A stretch of 64,000 nt of DNA from Nageia nagi (Eukaryota; Plantae; Pinophyta): positions 77,190,001 to 77,254,000 of the forward strand of contig JBITNC010000001.1 of the NCBI GenBank assembly GCA_050084985.1. The letters are read 5' to 3'. The notes beneath the pieces were generated by a model. The model was not told where the DNA came from, did no database searches, and worked only from the letters and a program-made list of their open reading frames with translations. Made by a program: the position numbers and the translations under genes. This document shows, piece by piece, positions 51,401 to 64,000 of this stretch (the stretch's first letter is position 1; each line of letters begins with the position of its first letter).

Positions 51401-54400
51401 ACTTATAACATTTTATAGCTCAATGATGTGGTCATAATAATGCTGACTTTGCCCCAATTTATGGAAAGGAAAGCAATACAACAATTTTTTCCCATGTTTA
51501 ATGGATCATAAAGATGAAAATGCTTAGGATAACCTTGCTCCATGTTGAATGGATCACAAGGGATTGCACTCAAGATACTTATGAAGGATAGTGAATTATT
51601 TACCCCATGTTTAATGAATTGCAAAGAAATGCTCCCCTTACCCCATGTTGAATGGATTGTAAGGAGGATAAGGCTAATGGTATGACCACAATGCTAGAAT
51701 GATACCTTTGCCCCATGTTAAATAGAAAGCAAAGGATTACTCAAGGATAATGCTAAAGCCAATGTATATGATAGGCTACCAATATACTACGATAGGGTGT
51801 TATTGATCTTGATTTAAGATAATTAATACTTCACCTTTCAAACAATGGAAGATGGATGAACAAGGTGTATTCAACAAAACATCATTATTCATTTATAAGT
51901 TCGTATTGATCATATTATATTTATGTATTGAAAGCTTTTATTTAGTTAATATGCCAAACTAGCTCTCTATTTGCTTGCTTTTTAATCAATTCATTTGCTC
52001 AAATTTTTTCCCTTATTTACTATTTATGTTATTTATTTTTATTTTTGTATTTTTAATACCCAAAGGGCAACACCATGGTTATACACAATGGTTATATACA
52101 ATGGATACACAATGGCTATATACAGCAAGTTATGGACAACAATATGATACAATTAATATGTCAAGATCATGTGTAATGTGGGATATGAGTGACTTTTTCC
52201 TACCTCGAAGCATCCACTACTAGATAACAGCAGGAGAGGAGTAGGCTTTAGTATCAACTCCATTGTTTCCAATATGATAATGCCATATGTTGGTGCTCAA
52301 CACTTATTTATTTTTTTCCAACAAGTTCATGGAGAACTTGTTTCAATCTCTTGCATCCATTGGTACTATGTCCTTTGACCATATGATAGTCACAAAATTT
52401 GTCTTCTTTGTACCAAGGTCTTTTTCAAGCATATGGTTTGTGCTTTACTTTGGGTAATGTTATGAGATTTTCTTTAAGCAACCTTTGCAATATTTTCAAT
52501 GGAATTTCTTCCAAAGTAATAAGATCTTATGCTTTTTGTTGTTGTCATTGTCCCATTTGATTTGGGTGTATCTATGCACTAGTTGGACTTTGCAATAGAG
52601 CTTATTATGCATCCTTAACTTGTACTTGAAGTTGAGCATCTCGATACAATTGTGCCACAAGATTTTGCAATGTATCAACATTTTGTTGAGCTTTCGAATT
52701 TTGTGATACATTTTGAGCTGAGTAATTTGGTGCACCAAATGAATTTGAATTTGAAGCTTATGGTGCACTTGAAATATCAAAGAAAGGTTGCGGTGCACTT
52801 TGTTGATTTTATCCAAAATATGTACTTTATATATTTTGAGATTTTTGAAATGGATCCATTTGTTATTGAGAGGTGGAAACAATAGATCTTTGAAATTGCA
52901 CCTTTTGAAGATTTATTTGCTCTTGGCAAGTTTGATTATTATTACTTTGAAATTGCATGCAAAGACCTTACTTGATTGGAATTTATAGCATTTGAACATT
53001 TGTAGAGGCTTGACTTAATTGTTGAGAAAAATCCAAATCTTGAGAGAAAGTTGGATATGAGTCACTTGCTCCATGTTGATTAGGTTGATTTTGTTGCTTT
53101 TGGCTTTGTTAAGATAGACTAAGTTGTTGGGTCAAAGTATTATGCACTTGTTTCATTACCTTTACTAGCTCATTAGGTGTAAGTCATTGAAATGTTTGGA
53201 GAGCTTTTGCAAATCCAATGGACTGATTATCAACATTAAGAGTTGGCTCTTCCTTTACCTCACTTGGATTACTCTTTTTCTTTTGAGCTCTTGTTTCAAC
53301 CATTCCTACAATAGAATCCTCATACCAAACTGGATTCTCGGATGAATCGAAATCCATTTTAAAAGACTACAAGGAGGAACTTTTACACACAATGAGTACA
53401 AATGAAGCAAAACTTGCCAAACAAAAATGGAAACAAACACAAAACACCAAGCTTAGAATATGTTCAAATTTAATCTTGTTGTATTGTTGATGCAAATTAT
53501 CCAATCATTTAATATGAAGGTGCAAGTCTATATGAATATGTCAACTATCAGAGATAACAATTTTTGATTATTTTTCTAATTACTTTTTTATTCATATTTG
53601 ATTTTTATTTTTTTTAGTTTGATATATTTTAAATGCAATTATTTTTTCGACACAACCTTGTTTATGTTTCCCTAGATAAATGATACTAGATAAGTGTTTA
53701 ATAAGGTAAAGGCTCAATATTCTAAGGTTGTGAAATGTTTTACAAGGTTTCTCAAGTACCCTTCATATGAAGCTATCTCAAATGGATGGGGCTCCCACTT
53801 CGAATTTCAACTTCAAGTAAGGGTTAGGCCATAGTAATGAAGTCCACATGCCCTAGCAACTCTCTAGGAATGTGATGGATTATATTGTGAAAAAGCAAAT
53901 ATAAGATGCAATACTATGATGATATGCACACTACTCCCTCAAGATGCTTTGTAATCCCACCCAATTTATGCTCTTTTTCCAAACTTTTTTTTCTTTTTGA
54001 ATGAAAATAAAATGAAATGACAATTTCAGATGCACACAACAAAGAACACTCATATCCTAACAACAAGCAAACCCTTATCCAAGATATAAATTTTACATCC
54101 AAAGTAGTTTTCTTATTGATGCAACAATACCCCCCAAGAATGATTGCATATTCACTAAGACAAAACACAAAATGAAAGCAAGCCTAGGATGCACAAAGCA
54201 ATGAAACAGTATGAACTAGGCGCTAAAAGTGATTCAAAGTCTTACTTGGGCTACAATGTTCCTTCTAGATTCAAGGTGTAAAGCTTAATTGGTTACATGC
54301 CCCTCCCAAGGGAGGGAGCTTTCAAAAACTATGCCAACTACCAAGGCAAATTTGAAAGGTATTTTTTAGATCAGGGAAATTATAATAATAGGCTAGCAAA

Positions 54401-57368
54401 TTTAGGTGCACACTTTAGCGCAAGTGTAACCACACCCCCTAGGCCTTTACAAGACCACACTTGGTTGTGATAAGACAAAAAATTCAAAGCTACTACAAAT
54501 TTTGACTAAGAAATCGAAAAGTTTGAGCCCACTAGTCCTAGGCACAGTCAAACATGCATCTAGTTTGATTTTTCTTTGAGAAAAACATCTCTTTATTTTG
54601 GGGCACAGTCGAACTTGTGTCTCATCTGACTTTTTTATGAGCAAACAAGCTCTCTATTTCAAGGTGCAGCGCACTTGGGAGGCAATTGGAGGATGAAAAA
54701 TGCTAAGTTATGGGGTGTAGTGCATCTAGGGTTTAGCTATTGAGGTGCAATGCACCTGGGGTTGAGGCACAATGCACCTAGTAACCTTGATGTGGGGCAT
54801 AGTGCACTTAAGGATTAGTGTTCAAGAGCAATGCATGTGGGGGCAAGGTGTAGTACACCTAGGGTTAGTTGTCGAAGCATAATGCACCAAGAGGCAAGGC
54901 ATACTACACCTAGTAACCTTGATGTGGGGTGCAGTGCACTTGAGGATCAATGTTTGGGCATAATGCGCTTGCAGGCAAGGTTTAGTATTCCTAGGAGTTA
55001 GTTTTTGAGGTGTAGTACACCTGGGTAACTAGGTATTTTGAGCTCAAAAACTCAATCTACAATGTATATCTCTATTTTGGGGCCTAATGCACCTATTACA
55101 AGGCATAAGTTGGACTACGCTTAGGCTAAAATTGTTGAGTTTGAGCACTAAAACCTCATGTCTAATCCATCCCTCTCATGGGATTCACTTGTCCAAATTT
55201 TTCTTAAAAACAACTATGAATTCCTAAGGCTTTACAAATTTAACCCATTTAGATGGGTAAAAACCAAAAATCAAGAAACTCCAAAATGTAAGAAAAACTT
55301 GAAAAAACAAGACAAAAGTGAAGAGAACACCAAATCCAATGAAATGCTTGTCTTCACATCAAGTCCACCATTTAATGTACCCCAAAATTTACGCTTATTA
55401 TGGACTAAAGTGTATAAACAAGTTAGTTTTACACATAAACTTCAAGTATACATAAATATGCTTTTCTTAATTAAAAATAGACAAGAACAGTGGTAAAGGT
55501 ATGGTTAAAACTATAAAGAATGATTCAAATCTAGTGGCTCTAGATTTAGCTTTAGATATGAATCATCATCCTCTGAGATGACGATTGCTTACATGTGAAA
55601 CACAATTTTTTATCTTAGTTCCCTCCTAGTGGATGTGCCCATCCTCTCATTAGACATTTAGGTTTGATTCTTCCCCTTATTGATGGTGCTTCATTCCAAT
55701 GCTCCTTTCCCTAACATGCTAGATCTAGGAAGAGGAATGGTGGGTTGTGATCTCATCATAGATGGATCCAAAGTCAACACTCTTTTGATGGCATCATATA
55801 AAATTTTGGGTAACAAGGCCTTAACCATACCTTTCAAGTGCTCCATCAATCCTTTTATTAAGAGAAACATCACCCTCTTCTTTGAAATGCTTAGGACCAT
55901 TACTGTAATTCATTGAAAGTGTACAACATAATCTTCTACTGATATTTTTGCTTTACTATTGTCATATTTTGTAAGTAGTCTTCCTTATCCTTCTAATTAA
56001 ATTGATCCACTATCCATTTACTAAACCCATCACAGGAAGTGATAGACATATTTCCTTAGGTAATCACACCATGGTGCCACCAGTCATATGCTATGACATC
56101 CAAGTGAATGGTGGAAAACCCTACGATATCCTCCTCAATCAAGGGGCTAAGAGTGAAGTAGGTTTGCAATTTATGCAACCACCCCCTAGTTTTCATCTTG
56201 ATTCATTTGTACTTTGTAATTTACACTTAATGTGGACTAAAGTGCATAAACAAGTTAGTTTCACATATATACTTCAATTATACATAAATATGTATTTCCT
56301 AATTAGAATTAGACAAGAATTATGGTTAAAACTATAAAGAATGATTCAAAACTTTGCAAGAATGATAACAAAACCTAAGTGCATCTAATGTGGGTAGGGG
56401 GACCTCAAATTTAGTCCCCTTAAGGCACCTAAATGAGTTTGGAGTGAGTTTCCACACTCCAAATGGAAAATGTGATCCCCCTAGTCCCCAAATCAATGAA
56501 TACAACAAAGTATATAATGTCTATTGTGCAAATGTTTATGCCTAAATGATCTTTAAATAATTTGTATTGTAGAATCAAATAATTTAAATGGATCTTTACA
56601 TGTATTGATGGACAAATATGAAATCTAGTGCTTCAAACCTTATGAAAACTCAAAACCTATGAAATTGAAAGATCTTTAAAGATCTTTGGATCTATGAGAT
56701 CCTAGGATACCCACAAGATCAAATGTAACTTTAAACCATGTACTAATGCTTGTATGGATTAAAATTAAATATTCTATTATGGAAATGCAATTTAAGATGA
56801 ATTTAGCCTAAGAAAATATACTAAATGCAGACAAATTTATTATAGGATACAAAGGTGAATCATCCCAAGCTTTTACATGGTTGAAGTGTCTCCAAACCTG
56901 CAAAAACCTTGAATATACAAGCATATTTGAAATTTAAAGTGAGCTTTACCACAAGGATTGTAGCATGAAGATGTTGAGCTTGTAGTAGTGAGAGATCCTT
57001 TAAAAGCATGTAACTGTTGAATATCTTCCAAACCCTAACCTTCAAACCCTTTGAATCAATATTGGAGCAAATGTTAGGAGCATAAATCATAAGTGTGCAA
57101 TTGCAATATTGTATTAGGATAATAATGATCCAAGAGAGGGAATTCTATTTTGACATTAAGTTATATACCTCTTTTGATAACTTAAGTCAATATAGCTAGA
57201 TACCCACTTTTTTCACTTTATTTGAGTTTAAGACGATTTAGCTCCTTTTTCATATTTGAATATTGATTTTGCAGAGTTAGAAATTAAGAATAAATCAAAA
57301 TAATTAATTAAGAATTTTAATGCATTAAATTCATCTCATTCAAAAAAGTATTATTTTCGATATCAACA
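48444..57368 (-). mobile_element. Athila/Tat-like LTR element nested in gag, with three LTR copies (48444-49608, partial 55377-~55530, 56208-57368)
   Basis: TGTA...ACA LTRs. PPT TTTTGCCCTT at 49609. PBS-like AAGTCCACCA ~55361-55370. Gag start MVETRAQ ~53305 on the minus strand. Confidence 0.8.
54660..55035. repeat. Degenerate short tandem repeats (GGTGCA.TGCACCTAG-like) in the leader of the Athila/Tat-like element
   Basis: More than 10 recurrences of GG(T/C)GCA(A/G)TGCAC(C/T)T variants. Confidence 0.7.
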
Positions 57369-60300
57369 TCCTCCATCAAACAATGACACTTGCATCCTAC
57401 TCAATTTCTTTTGTAGATATCGCTTTTCTTCCCTAAGTCCACTCTATGAGTAATTTCCACTCACCTTCTTGCCCAAGATCTCTAAATAACTTTAAAACCT
57501 TACCTCATTTTTAAACTTTGTTGTATTCATGGAATATTCTCAAAACAATCGATTCAACTCCAACGGTGATACCAAGCTCGTATTAACCTCATGCTTAGGG
57601 AGAAATATGTGTCATGGGCTTATGTGAAGGATGCGCCAACTTGGATATGTCACCTTCAAAATACCTATGTATCAATGCATCTCCCATGAATGGATCCTTG
57701 GTGGATCCATATATGAATAGTGAAATTCCAAATCCCTTCATATCTCTGACAAATCTAGACTTCAGCATGGGAGATTATCCACCATGCAATCCTTGCTCAT
57801 GCCCTAGATCTCTAACAAATCCATATCTCTATAGTAATGTGTCTCCTATTATATTTTGCTCATGAGTTGAGGTGGATCTCTGAGTGTGTGGCATCCTATA
57901 AATTCCTTCCAAACCCTCACTCGCCTCTTAAGCCTCCCTCTTGGTTGTACATTCATTTTGTTGTTGCAATTGGATCACCAACAAGCCTAGGATGTTCATC
58001 AAATTATCATATATCTCATTTTATATGTCCTTAGGTTGTTCACTCCTTTCTTTACTCCTCTCACATTTCCTTGTTGTGTCATGCGCATCTCCCCTCTCCT
58101 ACATCATTCATCGAACTATACCTCAATTGCTCTCCTTAAGGATTTTTTTGCCTCTTCTCTTAATCTCCTTTATGGTGCCATAGGATTCCCCCTTAAGAGT
58201 TCCCTCAAATAATATTGATGGATATTTGGTCGCATCAAATACCCTCAGGATGGCAGGATGGAGCTCTGATACCACTATGATGTTCCAAAATTATTCTTAT
58301 TCCAAACATAGCAATCCAAACACAAACATGCACAAAGAAAAATCATATCTACAAAATGTGATTCAAATGATGCTCAAATATGGATCTAAAAATTTTCTAA
58401 GTGTGCCCTAAGGCTAGATGTCTCAATAAAAGCATAATATCTCACTAAAAATGGCCCAAAGGGATAGATGTTTGGCTCACAGGACCAAATCTACAACTCC
58501 ATAAGCTCACTATGTACCAAGAAGGATGACATCATGTAACTAGGATCTTAAACCCCCAGATTTGATGGAATAATGGGACAACTACACTCCCTCAAATGTG
58601 GATGCTCCACTAGAGGGCTCTTCTCATGCTTGGAAATCGTAAGGTAGAAGTGCAACCTCGAAATACCACTGAATGGATTAAGACGTTACACCTTAGTTGT
58701 AGATTAGTAGGATACCTTAGCTTACTAACCCTCCCTTGATTCTACACTAAGAGGACAAGCTTGAAATATGCCAAGACTTCAAGATCAAATATCAAATAAG
58801 CTAAAGATGCTTCCATATGGTGTGTGCCTCTCCTATATAGCTTGATGCCTCATCCTAGGGACAAGATCTCACCTCAAAGTCATGTATACATGGACATCTC
58901 ATCTTGAATCTCATAGATTGACCTTGAGATGATAACAAGCACATCTAGATGCTAATAAATACTCATATCTATCCCTAAGAAAGAGACATCCCACATTGGG
59001 GCTCACAATTGATCCCTTGTACCCACAAGTCTAATATCCTAGGGTTACATCATGCGTAAAGATACATGGAAATAATAATTAAATACTCCTAACTACTAAG
59101 TCAATCCTAAATTACATCATCTCATTCTTAAACACTCCCTATGGGAGGCGTAAAGCCTCAAGTGGACCCTACAAGACATCCAATGTAAGAAAAAGGAATA
59201 ATGATAATTGGGAACATCACATGTTAGGTCCAAACTCCGTAAATTTTACTTTTGTCTCTGCTTTCACTAATGCTTATTGTGGTTTTTCTTGAGGGATATT
59301 TGATAAGTTTAGATGAGAAATGCCTAGGCCATCTAGCTCTAGATCAGCTAGATTACATAAAGCATATGGTGTAGGATCTACTAGGATTGTATGGATTTGA
59401 CCATTAAATTCAAACTTTAAGTAATTGTGCCAGGTAGAAGGAATTGCTTCCATTTGATGGATCTAAGGCCTACCCAAGAGCAAATTATATGAAAGCTTGT
59501 CATTTACAACATGAAAGGGAGATTGAATCATTTTTGGGCCCCAATTGTATTGACAAAGAGAGTGTAGCAAGAGCTTTCCTTGAGATATTATTGCAAATTC
59601 TAATATGGGGGATGGGTTCTTCCATGAGAATTTATGTGAACATATATTGAATCCTGAACCGGGATCTACCATGGATCTTTTGACCTTCCAACCCTCAATA
59701 TCAAGTGTGATATAAAGAGCTAAAAATTAATCAATGATATCCTTTTTGGGCATTTCTTATCATCAAAAGTAATTGCATTACAAGCTTGAATGGACTGAAT
59801 TTTCTCAGAAAAAGTAATAGCGAAGATATCATAAGGAACTTTTTCATTTTTTAATGCCTCGTACAATATATCCCTATGTGGTTTTGAAATTTGAAAAAGC
59901 TCAAAAAGATTGATTTTAGAAGGGTATTTTTTAATTACTCTACCATAATGTAAGATCTTGGATCACGAGGTAAACTTACTTGTTCAATTGTGATAGGATT
60001 TGGAATATCTCTTAGATTTCCATTTCGAATACTCACACATATATCTTCACCCACAGAAATGATGTTGGCAACTTGGTAATTTGGAGCTTCTTTTGCATTT
60101 TTGACTTCATAGTTTGCTTGAGTTATGAGATTCAATATGGCAACCTCCAAAGGCTTGTATTTGTTTGTAACATTACCCCTCTTTTGATAATATGAAAAAA
60201 ATTGATCTTGATCATCAAAAATCATATTGTCATATTGAGCTCTTTTATCCAATGGCTTGAGCAAACCTTTCTTGATGAGATCTTGGAGTATAATTCTTGG

Positions 60301-63300
60301 AGGAATGGGGAAAGTGAATCCAAAATCCCTTTGAGTGAAAGATCTTTGCTATGTAGGTCCTTCAGCTATATTAACAACTTTTTCTTCTTTCTTTGCATAA
60401 GGTTTTTTGTTATAAGTGATAGATCCATACTTAAGTGTCCAAGCTCAAGTGGAACTTTCTCTTTGGCCAAAACTCTTTTGGTCATGCTTCCAAATCCCAT
60501 ATCAACATAATCTATGGCATATTGCTTAAGAACAAGAAGAATAGAATCCACAAAATTTCACTCTCAACCAATTGACTTTTAATAAATTGTCATACCTTTT
60601 TAAACTGAGGAATATATTTTTCAATTGTTTCATTGGGCCCTTGGTGTAGAGAACACAAATCTATGACATGGTGGCATGTTCCTTGATGTTGTGCTTGTAT
60701 TGGTACATGGAGACTTTGACAAGAGTTTTGAAAGAATCAATAGATCCGAACAACAGATTGTAGAACCATTCGGCTAGCATCTCCTTTAAGGCTCCTTGGG
60801 AAGAATTTGGCTATCAGATTTTCATTGTCTCCCAATTTCAGCAAGCACTCCTCTTGAAAGTTGACCAGATGTTGTTTTGGTCTTGTTCACCAGTAAACAT
60901 CACAAGCTTGGGGGTCTTGAGATCAGTGGAAGGGGAAAATTGTAGGTTTTTGCCAACAAGAGCGATATGAATATGCAATTACAATCTTTTTGCTTCTATT
61001 GGGCATGTTGGTGTGATTCAATATTTGACACTCTTTTTGCTAGATCAACTTGATCAAATTGAGAATGGACCTAATTTATACTTGTGGATGCATGTTGTGG
61101 TTGTTTACATTGATTCAGCATCTTTAGAAGAGCATCCATGAATATTTTCATGGCCTTCTAGAGAAGCTCTAATATTTGAGCCATCAAAACGGCATCACCA
61201 TTATGCTATTAGATAAACAACATAGTTGACACCATGGACTTTGTCACATATTTGTACTAGATTTTGTCCGTGATGACCAAATCCCTCAATCAATTAGGTT
61301 CACCAAAATATAGATGCTTTTAGTGAATTGTGATTAAACAATCACCATTGCACTACAAAATATCAATTGTGGTATTATGAGACACTTTGCAATTATGCAC
61401 ACTAGATATGGTAACTTTCATTGTCGAAGTTGAGTATCCTCCTTCAGGATTGAGTTGTCTTCCAAATTTGGAGCTAAATGAATAGAAGAATCACAGTGCA
61501 CACGACATGAACTCCATTAGACAATGGATATCGTGCGCTCTTATGAAAACGCAAACTCAAGAATATATAATAATGGCAAAAGATAGACAACAAATCCTCA
61601 AATAGGCAATGTCAAGAGACATAATTGTTATTTTGAGTGTGGATCTTCTTGCTAGTCACTGGATGTTGATCACTCATGTCCAATGCTTTGTCTTTGATCT
61701 TCTTTTGTAGCTAATCCTCTTAAATATATATGCTTCTTGAAATCTACATAGATCACATAGCTTGTGGTGTCATTCTTGGTATTGACATCAATTACATTGT
61801 ATATGATGTCTTTTATTAACATCTACACCATCTTTTACAAATGCTTTTGTTACCTAAAATATGATTAATATTAAATAAAAATTATATTTAGGTGTCTACA
61901 AAGAGGACCTTCAAACATTATTAATAGCATAATTAAAACAAGTAATAAGATCATAAAGCTTCTTTTGGTTATCTTGGTTTGTCTAATGTCTTTATAATGT
62001 GGACAAATAAGGAGAGTGAGTCTCATTTTCTATGGTATTAAGATTACAAAGCTTACAAATTCTTACATCCCATATTGTTTTAGGTATTGTTTATCTACTA
62101 GTTTCACTATGCAATTCATGTGAATTAGTTCTTATCCTTAAAATCTCAAGCTTTATTTTTATATTGATAATCTTACGTGGGTAGGATGGATGTTTAAGTT
62201 TTGGAATAATGATATTTATATAACAGATTAGTTTTCTTTTAATTTTGATATTATCATCAATCCAAAAAAATTGAATTTCTTTGTTTGCTATTTATAATCT
62301 CAATTTTTCATTATCCAAAAGGATTATGTTGTTGTGTATGCCCCAAAAATCAAACCATTTATAAAAATCTTTTAGCCACCCTCTTTTAAAATGATGAGTT
62401 AGCTAAATTTGTTGGATGATTTAAAGGTAAAGTTTGACATTAGTGTCTTTTTAAACCTATTGGTTTGTAGAACCTATCATTAGTTTTTAAATATCACCAA
62501 TGTAAAGGGGTGAGATTTGAAACATAAAACCTTCAATATGAGTACCTTCATACCCACTTGTCTCCCAACTCCTCTAACAAGATGGTTTACACAACTTTCC
62601 ATTATTTGATAGACTAAAAACTTACTCGATCTCATTAGAAGGATGGCAATGATGTTCATGTTTTGATAAACTTTACAATTTGCAAAACATATTTTAACAC
62701 ATTTAAATTACATATTATTTTTGAGTCTCAACATTTGGAATTGCAAAATATGTATTTAACATAGAAAAACTAAAATGCATTCTACTTTGTGATTTACATG
62801 CTCCTTACAAGCACTCTTATGTACAAGATATTGTTCCACAAGTGTGGGCATATTCTAGAGACATGTGTTGCATCTTAGTTGTATCAATTTAAACCAATAT
62901 AGTGTATTTACAAATAGACGCAAACTATCTAGCCTCCAAAATTCTCCCTTCATAACCTGACATATCTGACATCATCAAATGTTGAAAATAGGCATTGGTG
63001 GGGTCCGGTATTTTTCCCAATGCAGGAGTTAATCCCACTTCATGTAACCCTCTTTTTAGGGGTTATACTAAGTATGTTTAACCCACTTTCCATTTTAAAT
63101 AGAAACATTGTCAAGTATATTTTATGTTGTGGCTGATGGTATCCTGATCAAAACAGTGCAATTTTCTACCATAGACACATGTTAAAATCCCTATAAGACC
63201 ATTATAACCCTAAAATTGATAAACATAATGTGTATAATCTTGAATTGAAAAACTTACCAATATACTCCAAATTTGCACCATGTTAAATTTGTCAAAGGTA

Positions 63301-64000
63301 CGAAGGGAAATTCTGGAAGCTAAATAGTCTGTGCTTTACAAATATGCTGTGAGATATTTTGTTCATTTTTCCTTAATAAATCCTGGACCTCAACTTGAAA
63401 ATGAATTTATACAAGAAGAAATAAGAACATAATGTTTTATTGAAAAAATATTTATCAAAAGTGACAACTTAGTTGGAGAAAAAAAAGGCAATTTTCTATG
63501 TTCCACATTAATTAACAATCAAATCAATATGTATTGTGTTCTTCTCCATGCTTTCTTAATTACTTACATCCCCATCTCCCAAACTTAGCTATTGACTATA
63601 GATACAGAATAAAAACCCTAAAACTTCATGCAAACTTTAATTTTGTTATAAAACCATAAACTTTCATAAAAACAGGCCTGCTTATCTCAACCACGAGTAG
63701 AATGTCTTCTCTAAAAAAAGTTCTATCTAAAATTCTTTACTATGTTCGAAAAGGTCTGTAAACTATTAATACTCTCTTGGAACACAACATATTACAAATT
63801 GTTAAGAACTTCAACTAGAGATGAGCTTCTGTAATTACTAAATGTAACAAATGTTATAAAACTTGTGCATACCCATCAAAAAATCTCACCCAAAACCTCG
63901 CAACTATATTATCTCAAAGCTATCCAACATACAAAGGCACCTAAGTTACTGAACATGCAGAACTTAGACACGCTTGCAAACAGTTCTACTGCATGTTCTG

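Larger units (their letters stand above)
44098..59221 (-). mobile_element. Gypsy-type LTR element (gag-protease, no RT/RH/INT core seen) with paired ~940-bp LTRs and TSD TGTTA
   Basis: LTRs 44098-45034 and 58278-59221. TSD TGTTA at 44093-44097 and 59222-59226. PBS GCTCTGATACCA 58263-58274. PPT 45035-45047. Protease VLIDMGATTNF ~47520-47555. Pol-tail LLEGKQF ~45050-45075. Confidence 0.88.
40608..61300 (-). mobile_element. Ogre/Tat-like (non-chromoviral) Gypsy host element in pieces: 40608-~40740, ~42670-44097, 59222-~61300
   Basis: Gag ~59900-61300; protease MVDPGSGFNICS (59463-59672); G-patch-like YKGLGLGK (43695-43949); RT KTTFTTPWG..MPLSLKNARATYQ..YINDIL (42671-42931); RT tail PKKYAFG..VSKRGIDVNPKKAKAI (40610-40735). 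Confidence 0.8.

Overview
Eukaryotic plant nuclear DNA, AT-rich and CpG-depleted, almost entirely nested transposons. A large-genome plant such as a gymnosperm is likely (inference from the giant intron, PPR style and TE types). The only host gene found is the last two coding exons (25946-26032, 26240-26275, + strand) of a mitochondrial uncoupling protein (UCP/PUMP). No earlier exon was found, so 1-25945 is read as one intron of over 25.9 kb. That intron holds three Ty1/Copia elements (one inserted in another's LTR with a 5-bp TSD), a hAT transposon with an 8-bp TSD, and a ~1.3-kb-arm inverted duplication. Downstream lie degenerate Ty3/Gypsy elements nested up to three deep, a solo LTR, tandem repeats and hairpins. 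Two things stand out. (1) At ~40743-42665 there is a Penelope-like (PLE) RT with no C-terminal GIY-YIG endonuclease and a degenerate minimal hammerhead ribozyme in its 3' region, sitting interstitially inside a Gypsy RT with an apparent target deletion. (2) A Copia family has a ~2.9-kb 5' leader bounded by splice signals (acceptor 3 nt before the gag ATG) and carrying a copy-specific GC-rich cassette, which in one copy contains PPR gene fragments. All alignments were done by eye; boundaries marked ~ are approximate.
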